Shown here piece by piece: positions 11,539 to 24,124 of a stretch of 64,000 nt of DNA (the first letter of the stretch is position 1; each line of letters begins with the position of its first letter). Under the pieces are notes generated by a model, which searched no databases, was not told the DNA's origin, and worked only from the letters and a program-made list of their open reading frames with translations. A program made the translations under genes and the position numbers. The stretch comes from Methanotrichaceae archaeon (GTDB lineage: Archaea; Halobacteriota; Methanosarcinia; Methanotrichales; Methanotrichaceae). The DNA lies in NCBI GenBank assembly GCA_963748825.1, contig CAVVKN010000012.1, forward strand, positions 64,001-128,000, written 5' to 3'.

Positions 11539-12099
11539 ATGAACAACAAAGAGAAGGTGCTGCTGCACAGAGGCATAGACAAGGTCAAGCAGAAGAAGTT
11601 TGAGGAGGCCTTAGAGATTTTCGAGCGAGTGCTCGCTATGAACCAGGAGATACCGGAAGTCTGGAACAACCAAGGCGTGGCTCAATATGGCCTCGGCCGC
11701 TTAGAAGAGTCCCTGCAAAGCTACGATCGATGCCTGGCCATGGACCCCGAAAATCTGGATGCTCTGAGGAACAAGGGCTTTTTGCTGAGAAACCAAAAAA
11801 GGCTGGAAGAGGCGCTTCTGGTTTACGACTGCGTGCTCCAGAATGGAGGCGATGCATTTGACATGGAATCCACGGCAGCGGTATTGACAGCATTAGGGCG
11901 GTTGGAGGAGGCATTGAGTTGCCTTTACCTGGCCAGGGAGGCAATGCCTTTGGAGCGCTTAGAAGATGAGATTGAGATGGTAAAGAGCCTGATGGAGCAG
12001 AGAGGCATCCCCGTTCCTCAGGAGAGAGCCCCCCCGGAGATCGCCCATCAGAGAACCCTTCAGAGAGATCTTCAGAGAGACCTTCAGGGGAAAGAGTGA
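11539..12099 (+). CDS. Tetratricopeptide repeat protein
   Basis: WNNQGVA..LGR.EE.L..YD TPR units. C-terminal LQRD x3 is encoded by a 12-bp tandem repeat. Confidence 0.85.
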   Translation: MNNKEKVLLHRGIDKVKQKKFEEALEIFERVLAMNQEIPEVWNNQGVAQYGLGRLEESLQSYDRCLAMDPENLDALRNKGFLLRNQKRLEEALLVYDCVLQNGGDAFDMESTAAVLTALGRLEEALSCLYLAREAMPLERLEDEIEMVKSLMEQRGIPVPQERAPPEIAHQRTLQRDLQRDLQGKE

Positions 12100-12168
12100 T
12101 ATTATCAAAAGAGAATAAATGAAGGGGTGCTTTCTGCATCTTAGAGCTTAATTTTTGGGGGATAGATA

Positions 12169-12402
12169 TTGAAAGGCTTCATAATGATAAACGTTGAGCC
12201 GGGAACGGAAAAAGCAGTCCATGATTGCCTGGAGGGCATCAAAGGTATTCGAGAGGTTGTGCCGGTCTACGGAGAGAGAGACTTCATCGCTATTGCCGAT
12301 GTGGAGAGCATATCCGACCTAAATCGGGCTGTGCTGAGCGTAAGAGAGATCAATGGAGTGACATATACTCAGACGATTCTTGGCATGGAGCTGAAGTTCT
12401 AG
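12169..12402 (+). CDS. Lrp/AsnC ligand-binding-domain protein
   Basis: FIMINVEPG.E..V...VYGERD.IA pattern, 77 aa. Confidence 0.85.
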   Translation: MKGFIMINVEPGTEKAVHDCLEGIKGIREVVPVYGERDFIAIADVESISDLNRAVLSVREINGVTYTQTILGMELKF

Positions 12403-12408
12403 AGATCA

Positions 12409-13593
12409 ATGCCCTCTATCAAAAATTCCGGCTCTCTTGCGCCCCTTTATCTGGCCGTCTTCGTCGCAGTCCTGGGATTCTCTCTGGTTGCGCCGTTCTT
12501 TCCTCGCTATGTCATGGATCTGGGCGCATCTTACACCATGCTCGGATTTATTGTCTCCGTCTACGGAGCGGTGCAGCTTCTCACCCAGATACCCATAGGC
12601 CGCCTCTCCGATCAGATGGGGCGAAAGAAGATCTTGCTCCTGGGCCTGGCCACTTTCTCCTTTCTGCCGCTCCTTTACATCTATGCGAAGAGTGCCAATT
12701 CTCTACTGTTCATCAGAGCATTAGGTGGACTTGGGGCATCAGCCGTCTGGCCCATTGCCATGGCACTTATTGTCGATCAGGCAGATGCGAAAAACAGAGG
12801 GGCAGCCATGGGCAGGTACAACGCTGCATTCTTCTCCGCCTTAGCTTTAGGCCCCCTGATAGGCGGAGTGCTCTACGATTTTTTCGGCCTGAATGCCCCT
12901 TTTTATTTGTGGGCTCTTCTGGGGGCTGCTTCGTTTCTTGTTATCTATTTCCGGGTAAAAGAGCCGGAGAAGATAAGGGTAAAGATGGGCCTTCTTCCTT
13001 CACGGGGAAAGGAAGCACTCATAGCACCCGGCTATCTGCCCACCTTTCTAGCCTGCTCCTGCGTCGTCCTCTGGGCGGGCGTGGTGGGCGGCTTCAACTT
13101 CACAATGCTGCCCAGCTTCGCTGCCAATCTGGGCTTTAATGCTACGGATGTAGGGATAATCTACCTGGTTTATGGAGGCAGCACGGCTCTTTTTAATATC
13201 TACTTTGGTCGCCAGGCCGACCGCGGAACAAGAAAAAAACTCATCTTCGCCGGCTGCCTGGCGGGAGCCATCAGTTTTGCTTTTCTCTCCCAGGCGGATG
13301 CCATGATCCAAGTCACATTCCTTTTTGCAGGTCTCGGAATGGGGCTGGGCATGGCAAGCCCGGCAGCCGCGGCGCTAATCGCTGATACAACATGTGCCGC
13401 CCGGAGAGGAGAGGTTTACGGCATCTTCAATACCGCTCGCATGAGTGGTGTGGTGATCGGGCCACTTATTGCGGGATTGACCGCGGATCTGCATGGAGTT
13501 AATGGTGCGGTCTATGCCTTTACAATGTTGGCTATTGCCATAACTCTGGGAACTCTAATCGTGCGCGAGTCAAATGAAATAAATAAAAAATAA
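12409..13593 (+). CDS. MFS transporter
   Basis: About 12 hydrophobic segments; motif A GRLSDQMGRK. Confidence 0.92.
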   Translation: MPSIKNSGSLAPLYLAVFVAVLGFSLVAPFFPRYVMDLGASYTMLGFIVSVYGAVQLLTQIPIGRLSDQMGRKKILLLGLATFSFLPLLYIYAKSANSLLFIRALGGLGASAVWPIAMALIVDQADAKNRGAAMGRYNAAFFSALALGPLIGGVLYDFFGLNAPFYLWALLGAASFLVIYFRVKEPEKIRVKMGLLPSRGKEALIAPGYLPTFLACSCVVLWAGVVGGFNFTMLPSFAANLGFNATDVGIIYLVYGGSTALFNIYFGRQADRGTRKKLIFAGCLAGAISFAFLSQADAMIQVTFLFAGLGMGLGMASPAAAALIADTTCAARRGEVYGIFNTARMSGVVIGPLIAGLTADLHGVNGAVYAFTMLAIAITLGTLIVRESNEINKK

Positions 13594-13624
13594 GCTGTCG
13601 GAACTGCCTATCCGTCCTATTCTC

Positions 13625-14041
13625 CTAAAGCACTCCCGGAGCGTTTATGTTGCTCCAGGAACCTTGCGAACCTATCCTCAGAGAGGACTTGCTCTGCGCG
13701 TACTTAAGGTTATTTTCCAGGTGTCCGCCAAAGGTTACCGGGATGGGAGACATAGATCCAGGAGCCCTGCTGCCAATCTGGATGGTATTGGTATTGTTGC
13801 TAAGCTTGACAGGGATGGCATTGTAATAGAAGCTCTGGCCCAGGAGAGGGAAATAGGGTGAATCTATTATTTCCATAATTGATATGTCTGCCGGTTTGAA
13901 GGAGCCTGCCTGCGAAGTATAGCCCATCTGGAAGAACATGGGATCATCGTAAGTCCACATCGTTGCCAGGCCGGTGCTGGCCAGCATAAGGAGCACAGCT
14001 ACGGAGATTATGTATTTCATCATAGTTTCTCCCCCTGACAT
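13625..14041 (-). CDS. Secreted hypothetical protein
   Basis: Signal peptide-like MKYIISVAVLLMLASTGLA. Confidence 0.65.
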   Translation of the reverse strand: MSGGETMMKYIISVAVLLMLASTGLATMWTYDDPMFFQMGYTSQAGSFKPADISIMEIIDSPYFPLLGQSFYYNAIPVKLSNNTNTIQIGSRAPGSMSPIPVTFGGHLENNLKYAQSKSSLRIGSQGSWSNINAPGVL

Positions 14042-14071
14042 TCGTTGGATTTAAACCTATCTCATCTGCCT

Positions 14072-14482
14072 TCAGGGTGTCCGCCAGATACCGCTGGAAT
14101 AGACCCTCATTGACGAACTGGATCTAGCAATATCAAGCGTTTTTGGCAGATCCCCATGGGTGCCGATCCACCACGGATTTGTCGGGTACTTGTTGACAAA
14201 ATATGGTTGATAGTAATAGTAAGGCTCTGCAGAGGTCCAGGGACTGTACCAGTAGGAATCGGCGTACGCCGGCCAGCTGCTGTAGCTTGGCGTATAACTG
14301 TAGGCGGGATAATAATATGGATAATACGGTTGAGTGGTAAAGAAAGGACCATAGCTATAGATCGGCCCTACGCCGAGCCAGTCCCAATATGTCTCGGATG
14401 TAGCTGCAGGCTCTGCGCCTGCAAAGGATGTCGATGTCCCCAAGAGAATGATCAGAAACAAGACTATTGCGATTTTTGCCAT
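14072..14482 (-). CDS. Secreted Tyr/Pro/Trp-rich hypothetical protein
   Basis: Signal peptide-like N-terminus and low-complexity YYPYYYP core. Confidence 0.65.
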   Translation of the reverse strand: MAKIAIVLFLIILLGTSTSFAGAEPAATSETYWDWLGVGPIYSYGPFFTTQPYYPYYYPAYSYTPSYSSWPAYADSYWYSPWTSAEPYYYYQPYFVNKYPTNPWWIGTHGDLPKTLDIARSSSSMRVYSSGIWRTP

Positions 14483-14638
14483 ATCCTATTCCCCTGCATA
14501 CTGGGTCTTAGAATAATATAAAACTTTCCCGCCCCAATCAAGCGGATTGAAAAAGAGATGAGATGGGCAGGACCTTTTGCTCCATCTCAAATGTATCTTT
14601 CTAAGCGATGCGTTATGCTTCATTCATCATGGGCGTTT

Positions 14639-17600
14639 TCACCTAGTTCTTCCTATGACGATCACCTTTTTGCTCACCACCTGATTTAGAAGCAAATAGT
14701 CCAGGCCTATCGCGCTGTCGTAGCCGGTAGCCGGCGCGTGCTTGCCGTCTCGGGCGTAGACAAAAACCCTATAGCTGCCGCCATCAATTGGAGCATTGGT
14801 CCAAGTCCACTGGTTCTTTGTAGACCAATCCTGCACAATCTTCCAGGCATTGCCTGTAGTGGGGCCCATCAGCCAGAACCGGTAGAGTATCGGATCTTTA
14901 TTGGCATCAGTGGCCATTGCAGTCCATTTTACTGCCGTTCCTGCACTCTGCGGACTTATCTTATCCGGCACCAGAGCCGTCAGCTTGGGTGGCTCATTGG
15001 GAGTGAGCTGATATGGCGCTCCCAATGCGCTATCGTAACTGGTTACAGGGCTATGCTTTCCATCCCGGGCGTAGACATAGACTATGTAAGCCCCGTCGTC
15101 GCTGCCGGAACTGGTCCAGGTCCACTGGTTGTTTATGGACCAATCCTGCACCACCTTCCAGGCATTGCCTGTGGTGGGGCCCTTCAGCCAGAACCGGTAG
15201 AGTATCGGATCTTTATTGGCATCAGTGGCCGTTGCAGTCCATTTCACTGTCGTTCCTGCACTCTGTGAGCTCTTTTTATCGGGAGTCAGAGTTGCCAGCT
15301 TGGGTGGCTGATTGGGAGTGAGCAGATACGGTGCCCCCAGTGCGCTATCGTAACCAGTCGCAGGATTATGTTTTGCGTCCCGGGCGAAGACATAGACGGT
15401 ATAAGCTCCACCATTGCTGGGGGAATCGGCCCATGTCCACTGGTTCTTTGTCGACCAATCCTGCACTACCTTCCAGGCATTGCCCGTGGATGGACCCGTT
15501 AGCCAGAATTTGTAGAATACCGGCTCTCTATCCGGATCTGAGGCCACTGCCGTCCACTTTATGGGCGTGCCGGCAACCTGGGCGCTGGGCTTGTCTGGCT
15601 TCAGGGAGATGAGAGTGGGCGGCAGGTTTGGCCGCAGCACGGTGAAAAGAGCTCCTGCATCGTCATCCCATCCAGCCGGGCTGGAGTGCAGGCCGTCTCT
15701 CACTTGCACCTGAATCTCGCTTGTTCCTGCGTCAGCAGGCGAGGTGGGCCATACCCAGGTAGAGTCGGTGGACCAATCCCGCGCAATCTTCCAGAATCCG
15801 CCCGTAGCTGGTCCCTTTACCCAGTACCTGTAGAACACAGGGTTTCCTTCTGGGTCCATGGCTGATGCCCGCCACCCTACGGTGGCACCTATGGGCTGCG
15901 GGCTAAACACATTGCTGGCCAGGCTGGTGATAACCGGCGGAAGGTTCTGGTTGATGATAGAGAAGCGAGCGATTTCATAGTCGTCTGAGCCTCCCGGTCC
16001 GGCATGATTTCCGTCCCTAACTGCTACCAGCACCTCGCTGTTGCCGGCGTCCATGGGATTGGTTCTCCAGATCCAGCGGTTGTTCTTGCCCCAGCCGGTC
16101 TGGTCCATCCAAAATCCGTTGGTAGAAGGCCCGCGCAGATAGAACTTGTACTGCAGGGGATTTCCCTCCGGATCTGAGGCCAGTGCTGTCCACCTAATCC
16201 AGCTTCCCACAAACTGAGGAGCCGGCCGATCGGAGAACAGTACATTGACTCGTGGCGGCAGGTTGGCGACCGTCAGCTTATAAGTGATCGGTTTCCTGGC
16301 ATCAAAGCCGTTCGCATCGGAATGCATTCCATCTCTAACCCATACCTCAACCTGATAATCGCCAGGCACGTATCCAACTGTGCTCCAAGCCCAGAAGGCA
16401 CTTGTCGTGTAGCCCGTATCGGAACGAACCTGGCTGCTTGGGGCAGGTCCTTTGATGACGAACCTGTACTGCAGCGGATCGTTCTCCGTATCTGTGGCCG
16501 TGGCGGTCAGGACTATAGACTGACCTACTCTTTGCGGGCTGGTTGGGTTAGCCGTCAGAGTCAAGACCGTCGGAAGTAGGTTGTTGTTCCTATTGCCGAA
16601 GTTCAACTCCTTACTGTCGCCTGCCACCAGGGCAAACGTGGTAAATGCAGGCGAAGTTGCCGTCCAGCCGCTCTGTAAGACCTCGCTCAATGTGTAGCTT
16701 CCCGGATCCAGATTTGTGAAGCTGTACCCGCCGTTGACGTTGGTGGTTGTGGTCAGCTCCACGCTCGTGGAAAGGTTCATGAGCTTGATCGTCCAGCCGG
16801 AGAGGCCGGGCTCGCCGTTGTTGGCTCCATTACCATTGATGTCGTTGTACTTGACGCCCCAGACAGAGGCCTTGCCGGGCGGGGAGACAAGCCTATTGCC
16901 GAAGTTCTGGTTGGTCTTGCTGCCGGGCAGGGTAACCGTAAGCTCTGTTGCCGTAGTCGGCGTCCAGCCGAGCTGTGAGAACTCGCTTACCTTGTAGATT
17001 CCCGGGAAGAGCTTCTTGAAGCTGTAAGCTCCCGTGGCATCGGTCTTGGTCTTGGCCAGGATTATGTCATGGACAGGACCGCCTACCGGCCCCACGAAGG
17101 TCAAGGCCATCTGCCAGTTGGCAATTCCCGGCTCGCCAGCGTCTTTCACGCTATTTCCGTTCAGATCGTTCCACTTGACCCCTGATATGGAGGATGTGCC
17201 AAATATGGGAATGGGCGCGATGATCAGCGATTTTACTGTAATGCTGACGATAATGGGATCGTCCACCTCATAGGTTCCGGGAGCGAGGTTGCTGAATGTG
17301 TAGGAGCCGTCCTCGTCCGAGGTCACATTGGCGATCTCTTTTCCGTTTTGCACAAGCGTCACAGGCTGCCCTGGAATGGATGGTTCATCCGAGTCCTGCA
17401 CTCCGTTCTCATTGGTATCGTAGAACTTGACACCGGAGATGGTAAATCCGCCTTTGTTGCCGAAGTCCTTGCCGGTTACGTCAGCATCCAGCAGGTCCAC
17501 TGTGTAGGATCCCTCCTGGGGCAGGCTGACGGTCCATCCTTCCGAAGCGACCTCGCTTACGGTGTACTTGCCCGGAGCGAGGTTCTTGAAGGCATAGGAG

Positions 17601-20600
17601 CCATCCTGACTGGAAGTGGTGGCATTGATAACACTTTCCATCCTGGGAGAGCTGGACATTCCAGCCGGCCTGGCCGGTCTCATCAGCATCCTTGGCACCA
17701 TTTCCATTGCTGTCAAGGAATACGCTTCCGGATATGGCCCAGGACCCGTGGTTTCCGAAGTCCTTGCCCGTTATATCGGCATCTGAGAGCGTTATAGAGT
17801 AGGAGCCCTCCGCAGGTGCCGTCCTGACCCAGCCGGACTGCTCTGTCTCGGTGACGGTGTAGGTGCCGGGCAGGAGGGTCTCAAACCTGTAAGATCCGTC
17901 CTTTGCTGTTGTCAGTTCCTTTTGCACAGCCTCATTGCTCTGAGCTGTGCCGGAGAGCGTGATCTTCCAGCCCTCCATTCCCGGCTCGCCCTCATTGGCT
18001 CCATTGCCGTCAAGGTCGTTGTACTTCATGCCGGATATGCTGTAGGATGTCAGCTTATTGGCGAAGTTCTTGTCCGTAGCATCGCTGTCTTTCAATTCTA
18101 CTGAGTAAGCATCCTCTTGGGGAATTGTCCTGATCCAGCCGGAGGGCAATGTCTCGCTGACTGTGTAGCTTCCCGCCAAAAGTCGCTCGAAGCGGTACGA
18201 TCCGTCCACACTCGTCAGGGCGGAAACCTCGCTGTTATCGGGTTTAGCAAGTCGGATCGTCCAGCCGGATAAGGCCTCGCCGCTATCTAAGAGTCCGTTT
18301 CCGTTCTTATCATCATAAGCTGTGCCGGAAATGTTCATGGCCAGCTCGCTGATGGTGAAAAAGGCTACAACCTCGCTATCAGAGCTGTCTTCAGCCGCGT
18401 GCTTGCCGTCTCTTACCTGAACTTTGACCTGGTTTTCGCCGGCATCCGCAGAGGATGTCGTCTGGGTCCAGGTCTTGGCATCGCCCCACTCAGTCACAGG
18501 CTGCCAGGCTCCGCCGGTTACAGGTCCGCTCAGGAAGAAGCGGTAGAGCAATGGGTCAGAGTCAGCATCAGTGGCCTCGGCAGTCCAGGTAATGGTTGTG
18601 CCGGGAATCTGGGGACTGATTAAATCTGCTGTCAGAGATTTCAAGACTGGTGTCTGGTTCACTGCAGCGGGAATCAAAGGCTCCGTTTCATTAACGGGCT
18701 GCGCCGGTATTGTCACATTTTCCGGTGCTATAGGTGTGGTAATGTTGTCTCCCGCAGGAGGTACAACGGTCTCCGGGGCAATCGTCACAGCTTCCGTCTC
18801 ATTGGCGGGCTGCTGTGTCGCATTTTCCGGTGCTACGGGTATGGTTATGTTTTCTGTCACAGGAGGTAGCACGCTCTCCGGAACAGTCGTCGCAGGCCCC
18901 GTCTTATTCTCTTCTGGCACTGTTACATTCTCGGCCGTAACAGGCTCTTGCACCGGCTTGATTTCGGGCGCAGGAGCATTTATGGAAAACTCGCGGCTCA
19001 TGTTGCCGGCTTCTCCCAGCGGTCCCTCATGCAGGCTATCTTTAACCTGTACTGAGATCTGGCTGGTGCCGGGCTGCATGGCTATCCAGGCCCACAGGTT
19101 CTCTGGTTGCCAATCTGTGGCAGGCGTGTCGTTGACCAGGAAGCGATATGAAATTGGATCGGATTCCGGATCACTGGCCTGAGCTGTCCAGGTGACTGTT
19201 GTTCCCAATAGTTGTGGGCTTTCGCTGTCCGCAGTCAAACCGGCAAGAGCTGGAGATTCATTGAGCTTGGCCGGTACTACTTCTGCGAGCACAGGTGCTG
19301 GTGCATTTATGGAAAACTCGCGGCTCATGTTGCCGGCTTCTCCCAGCGGTCCCTCATGCAGGCTATCTTTAACCTGTACTGAGATCTGGCTGGTGCCGGG
19401 CTGCATGGCTATCCAGGCCCACAGGTTCTCTGGTTGCCAATCTGTGGCAGGCGTGTCGTTGACCAGGAAGCGATATGAAATTGGATCAGATTCCGGATCA
19501 CTGGCCTGAGCTGTCCAGGTGACTGTTGTTCCCAATAGTTGTGGGCTTTCGCTGTCCGCAGTCAAACCGGCAAGAGCTGGAGATTCATTGAGCTTGGCCG
19601 GTACTACTTCTGCGAGCACAGGTGCTGGTGCATTTATGGAAAACTCGCGGCTCATGTTGCCGGCTTCTCCCAGCGGTCCCTCATGCAGGCTATCTTTAAC
19701 CTGTACTGAGATCTGGCTGGTGCCGGGCTGCATGGCTATCCAGGCCCACAGGTTCTCTGGTTGCCAATCTGTGGCAGGCGTGTCGTTGACCAGGAAGCGA
19801 TATGAAATTGGATCAGATTCCGGATCACTGGCCTGAGCTGTCCAGGTGACTGTTGTTCCCAATAGTTGTGGGCTTTCGCTGTCCGCAGTCAAACCGGCAA
19901 GAGCTGGAGATTCATTGAGCTTGGCCGGTACTACTTCTGCGAGCACAGGTGCTGGTGCATTTATGGAAAACTCGCGGCTCATGTTGCCGGCTTCTCCCAG
20001 CGGTCCCTCATGCAGGCTATCTTTAACCTGTACTGAGATCTGGCTGGTGCCGGGCTGCATGGCTATCCAGGCCCACAGGTTCTCTGGTTGCCAATCTGTG
20101 GCAGGCGTGTCGTTGACCAGGAAGCGATATGAAATTGGATCAGATTCCGGATCACTGGCCTGAGCTGTCCAGGTGACTGTTGTTCCCAATAGTTGTGGGC
20201 TTTCGCTGTCCGCAGTCAAACCGGCAAGAGCTGGAGATTCATTGAGCTTGGCCGGTACTACTTCTGCGAGCACAGGTGCTGGTGCATTTATGGAAAACTC
20301 GCTGCTCATGTTGCCGACTTCTCCCAGCGGTCCCTCATGCAGGCTATCTTTAACCTGTACTGAGATCTGGCTGGTGCCGGGCTGCATGGCTATCCAGGCC
20401 CACAGGTTCTCTGGTTGCCAATCTGTGGCAGGCGTGTCGTTGACCAGGAAGCGATATGAAATTGGATCAGATTCCGGATCACTGGCCTGAGCTGTCCAGG
20501 TGACTGTTGTTCCCAATAGTTGTGGGCTTTCGCTGTCCGCAGTCAAACCGGCAAGAGCTGGAGATTCATTGAGCTTGGCCGGTACTACTTCTGCGAGCAC

Positions 20601-23600
20601 AGGTGCTGGTGCATTTATGGAAAACTCGCGGCTCATGTTGCCGACTTCTCCCAGCGGTCCCTCATGCAGGCTATCTTTAACCTGTACTGAGATCTGGCTG
20701 GTGCCGGGCTGCATGGCTATCCAGGCCCACAGGTTCTCTGGTTGCCAATCTGTGGCAGGCGTGTCGTTGACCAGGAAGCGATATGAAATTGGATCGGATT
20801 CCGGATCACTGGCCTGAGCTGTCCAGGTGACTGTTGTTCCCAATAGTTGTGGGCTTTCGCTGTCCGCAGTCAAGCCAGCAAGAACTGGGGCATTGTTGGG
20901 CGGAAGAACTATCTCGAAGTTGGCGCTGCTGGCGCTGTCTCCTTCTGCATTGTGCTTTTCATCCCTTACCTTGGCCTCAATGGCATGCTGTCCGACCTGC
21001 TCCGCGGCAGCGGTCCAGCTCCAGACGGGGCTCTCCGACCAATCCTGCATTACCTGTCCGTCCATTGAGAACTGGAATTGCAGGGGATCGTTCTCGGCAT
21101 CAGATGCAACTGCCGTCCAGATTACTGCGGTTCCTGTAACCTGTGGGCTCTCTTTGTCTGCGGTCAGGCTGCTCATGACCGGAGCAGTGTTGGGAGGCAG
21201 AACTATCTCGAAGTTAGCGCTGCTTGCGCTGTCTCCGTCCTGGTTATGCTTTCCATCTCTTACCTTGGCCTCAAAGGCATGCTGTCCGACCTGTTCCGCG
21301 ACAGCCGTCCAGCTCCAGACGGGGCTCTCCGACCAATCCTGCACTACCTGTCCGTCCATTAAGAACTGGAATTGCAGGGGATCGTTCTCGGCATCAGATG
21401 CAACTGCCGTCCAGATTACTGCGGTTCCTGTAACCTGCGGGCTCTCTTTGTCTGCGGTCAGGCTGCTCATGACCGGAGCAGTGTTGGGCGGCAGAACTAT
21501 CTCGAAGTTAGCGCTGCTGGCGCTGTCTCCTTCTGCATTGTGCTTTCCATCTCTTACCTTGGCCTCAATGGCATGCTGTCCGACCTGCTCCGCGGCAGCC
21601 GTCCAGCTCCAGACAGGGCTCTCCGACCAGTCCTGCATTACCTGTCCATCCATTGAGAACTGGAATTGCAGGGGATCGTTCTCGACATCAGATGCAACTG
21701 CCGTCCAGATTACTGCGGTTCCTGTAACCTGTGGGCTCTCTTTGTCTGCGGTCAGGCTGCTCATGACCGGAGCAGTGTTGGGCGGCAGAACTATCTCGAA
21801 GTTAGCGCTGCTGGCGCTGTCTCCTTCTGCATTGTGCTTTCCATCTCTTACCTTGGCCTCAATGGCATGCTGTCCGACCTGTTCCGCGGCAGCCGTCCAG
21901 CTCCAGACGGGGCTCTCGGACCAATCCTGCACTACCTGTCCGTCCATTGAGAACTGGAATTGCAGGGGATCATTCTCGGCATCAGATGCAACTGCCGTCC
22001 AGATTACTGCGGTTCCTGTAACCTGCGGGCTCTCTTTGTCTGCGGTCAGGCTGCTCATGACCGGAGCAGTGTTGGGCGGCAGAACTATCTCGAAGTTGGC
22101 GCTGCTGGCGCTGTCTCCGTCCTGGTTATGCTTTCCATCTCTTACCTTGGCCTCAATGGCATGCTGTCCGACCTGTTCCGCGACAGCCGTCCAGCTCCAG
22201 ACAGGGCTCTCCGACCAGTCCTGCATTACCTGTCCGTCCATTGAGAACTGGAATTGCAGGGGATCGTTCTCTGGATCAGATGCAACTGCCGTCCAGATTA
22301 CTGCGGTTCCTGTAACCTGTGGGCTCTCTTTGTCTGCGGTCAGGCTGCTCATGACCGGTGCGTTGTTAGGCGGCAGAACTATCTCGAAGTTGGCGCTGCT
22401 CGAGCTGTCTCCTTCAGGATTGTGCTTTCCATCTCTTATCTTGGCCTCGATGACATGCCGTCCTACCTGCTCTTTGGCTGCATTCCAGCTCCAGCCTGGG
22501 CTATCCGACCAGTCCTGCACTACCTGTCCGTCCAGGGAAAACTGGAATTGCAATGGATCGTTCTCAGAATCCATAAAATCCACATTCCAGGTGATAGTCG
22601 AACCTATCTCCTGGGGGCTGAGCTTGTCAGGACTGAAATTAATGATCGCAGGTTTCTGGTTAGGCGGCATTACGATGAACGTCGCGCTCTTCCTGTCATC
22701 AAATCCGTCCTGCTCGGCATGCTTACCATCTCTTACCTGAACCTCTACCTGGGCTTCGCCCTCAGCTGCAGTCCAGGTCCATTGTTTGTTGGGCTGCCAA
22801 TCGGTTGTAGGAAGCCCGTTCAAAAAGAACCTATATAAAATTGGATCACTTTCGGCGTCATTGGCCTGGGCCGTCCAGGTTACAATGCTGCCTGTCTCCT
22901 GGGGACTGGCCTTATCAGATGACAAATCGGATATTACTGGCTTCTCATTGGGCTTGTTTATGATGAAGCTTGCCTTCTGGGACGAGTCGCCATCCGCATT
23001 ATGTGTGCCGTCCTTAACTCTTACCTCTATACTATGAGCGCCAAAATCATTGGCAGAGGTTTGCCAGGTCCATTGATTCTGGTATTGCCATCCGGTTACC
23101 GGCTGATTGTCCAGCAGGAACAGGAACTGCAGACCATCGCTTTCCTGGTCACTGGCTTCCGCCGCCCAGGTTACTGATGTACCGGCTTCCTGGGGGCTGG
23201 CGAGATCAGAGGTCAAGCTGATCATGACAGGAGCCAGATTTGCAGGTGTCGTTACCTGTGGCTGCTCCACCTGTTGCATCTGGGGGGGCTGTTGTTCCTC
23301 TACGGGCGGCACGTAAGCTTGCTCTGGGGCCGTCACAATGGGTAAAGGCTCAACAATTGGCTGCGCCTGGACTTCCGGGGGAGCTGGGGGGGCCGTTAAC
23401 AAAAAGTCAACTATTTTCTCATCCTGAGTAAATTGGGGGCCGGCATGAGTTTCATCTCTAACTGAAACGCTTATCTGGTATTTTCCGGCATCTTGTGAAT
23501 TAGTATCCCATTTCCACGTATTGTCCGGGGACCATTGGCTTACCGGCTTCCATACGTCTACAGGCCCCCATACGTCTCCCGTGGATGGCCCTCTTAGCCG

Positions 23601-23921
23601 GAACGTGAAGAACATGGGATCATTTTCCGGGTCCTCTGCTTTGGCCGTCCATTTTATGGAGCTGCCTGCTTCCTGGGGGCTGGGTTTATCGCTTTCAAGA
23701 GCGGTGAGCTTGGGCTGCTGGTTATAGCCCACTCCGCCCAGGTTATCCGGCGTGGAGAAATCCCCCACTCCTGAAGATCCCGGCTGCGGATCGAATTGTG
23801 CGAAGGCCGATATGGCCAGTAGCACTCCCGTTATCATTAACACTGCAAAGACGAGAAATACGTCCCTGTACTTGCGCTTGAATCTAGTCTTATTTTTGCA
23901 ATTGCTATCCGGTTTTTGCAT
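14639..23921 (-). CDS. Giant cell-surface protein (~3090 aa if joined): Ig-like/triple-tyrosine-type repeats plus SdrD-B/Cna-B-like domains; split by a 1-nt frameshift near 17635
   Basis: ORFs 17481..23921 and 14639..17716 join as ...SQDG-(S)VINATT when one base is removed. N-terminal membrane/signal segment; repeated ISG.K.ND.NGNG..D.GE motifs. Confidence 0.85.
18965..20890. repeat. About six near-identical 327-bp tandem repeats (109 aa)
   Basis: Antisense ORF starts at 19192, 19519, 19846, 20173, 20500 and 20827 are exactly 327 apart. Confidence 0.92.
20890..22600. repeat. Five to six 294-bp tandem repeats (98 aa)
   Basis: Period 294 (21078, 21372, 21666, 21960, 22254); unit NTAPVMSSLTADKESPQ...NFEIVLPP. 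Confidence 0.9.
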
Positions 23922-24124
23922 ATCCTCACTCTCCTTTTCTTACTATCTCACTCGCGCTTGACATTTTTCTAGACCAAAAGTCAGGCTTGGCATTTATGAA
24001 TCTATTTTTCACATTGAGGACTTGTTAGCAGTCCACAGCCATTGGCAATCTCATGTGAATACTCTATGAATTCAATATTGAATATTGACTGCGATACGCA
24101 TATTTATTTTTTGCAGTAATTCAT

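Noticed and set aside
18571-22838. Long plus-strand ORFs (e.g. 637 aa) over the tandem repeats
   Set aside because: Antisense shadows of the repetitive surface protein gene.
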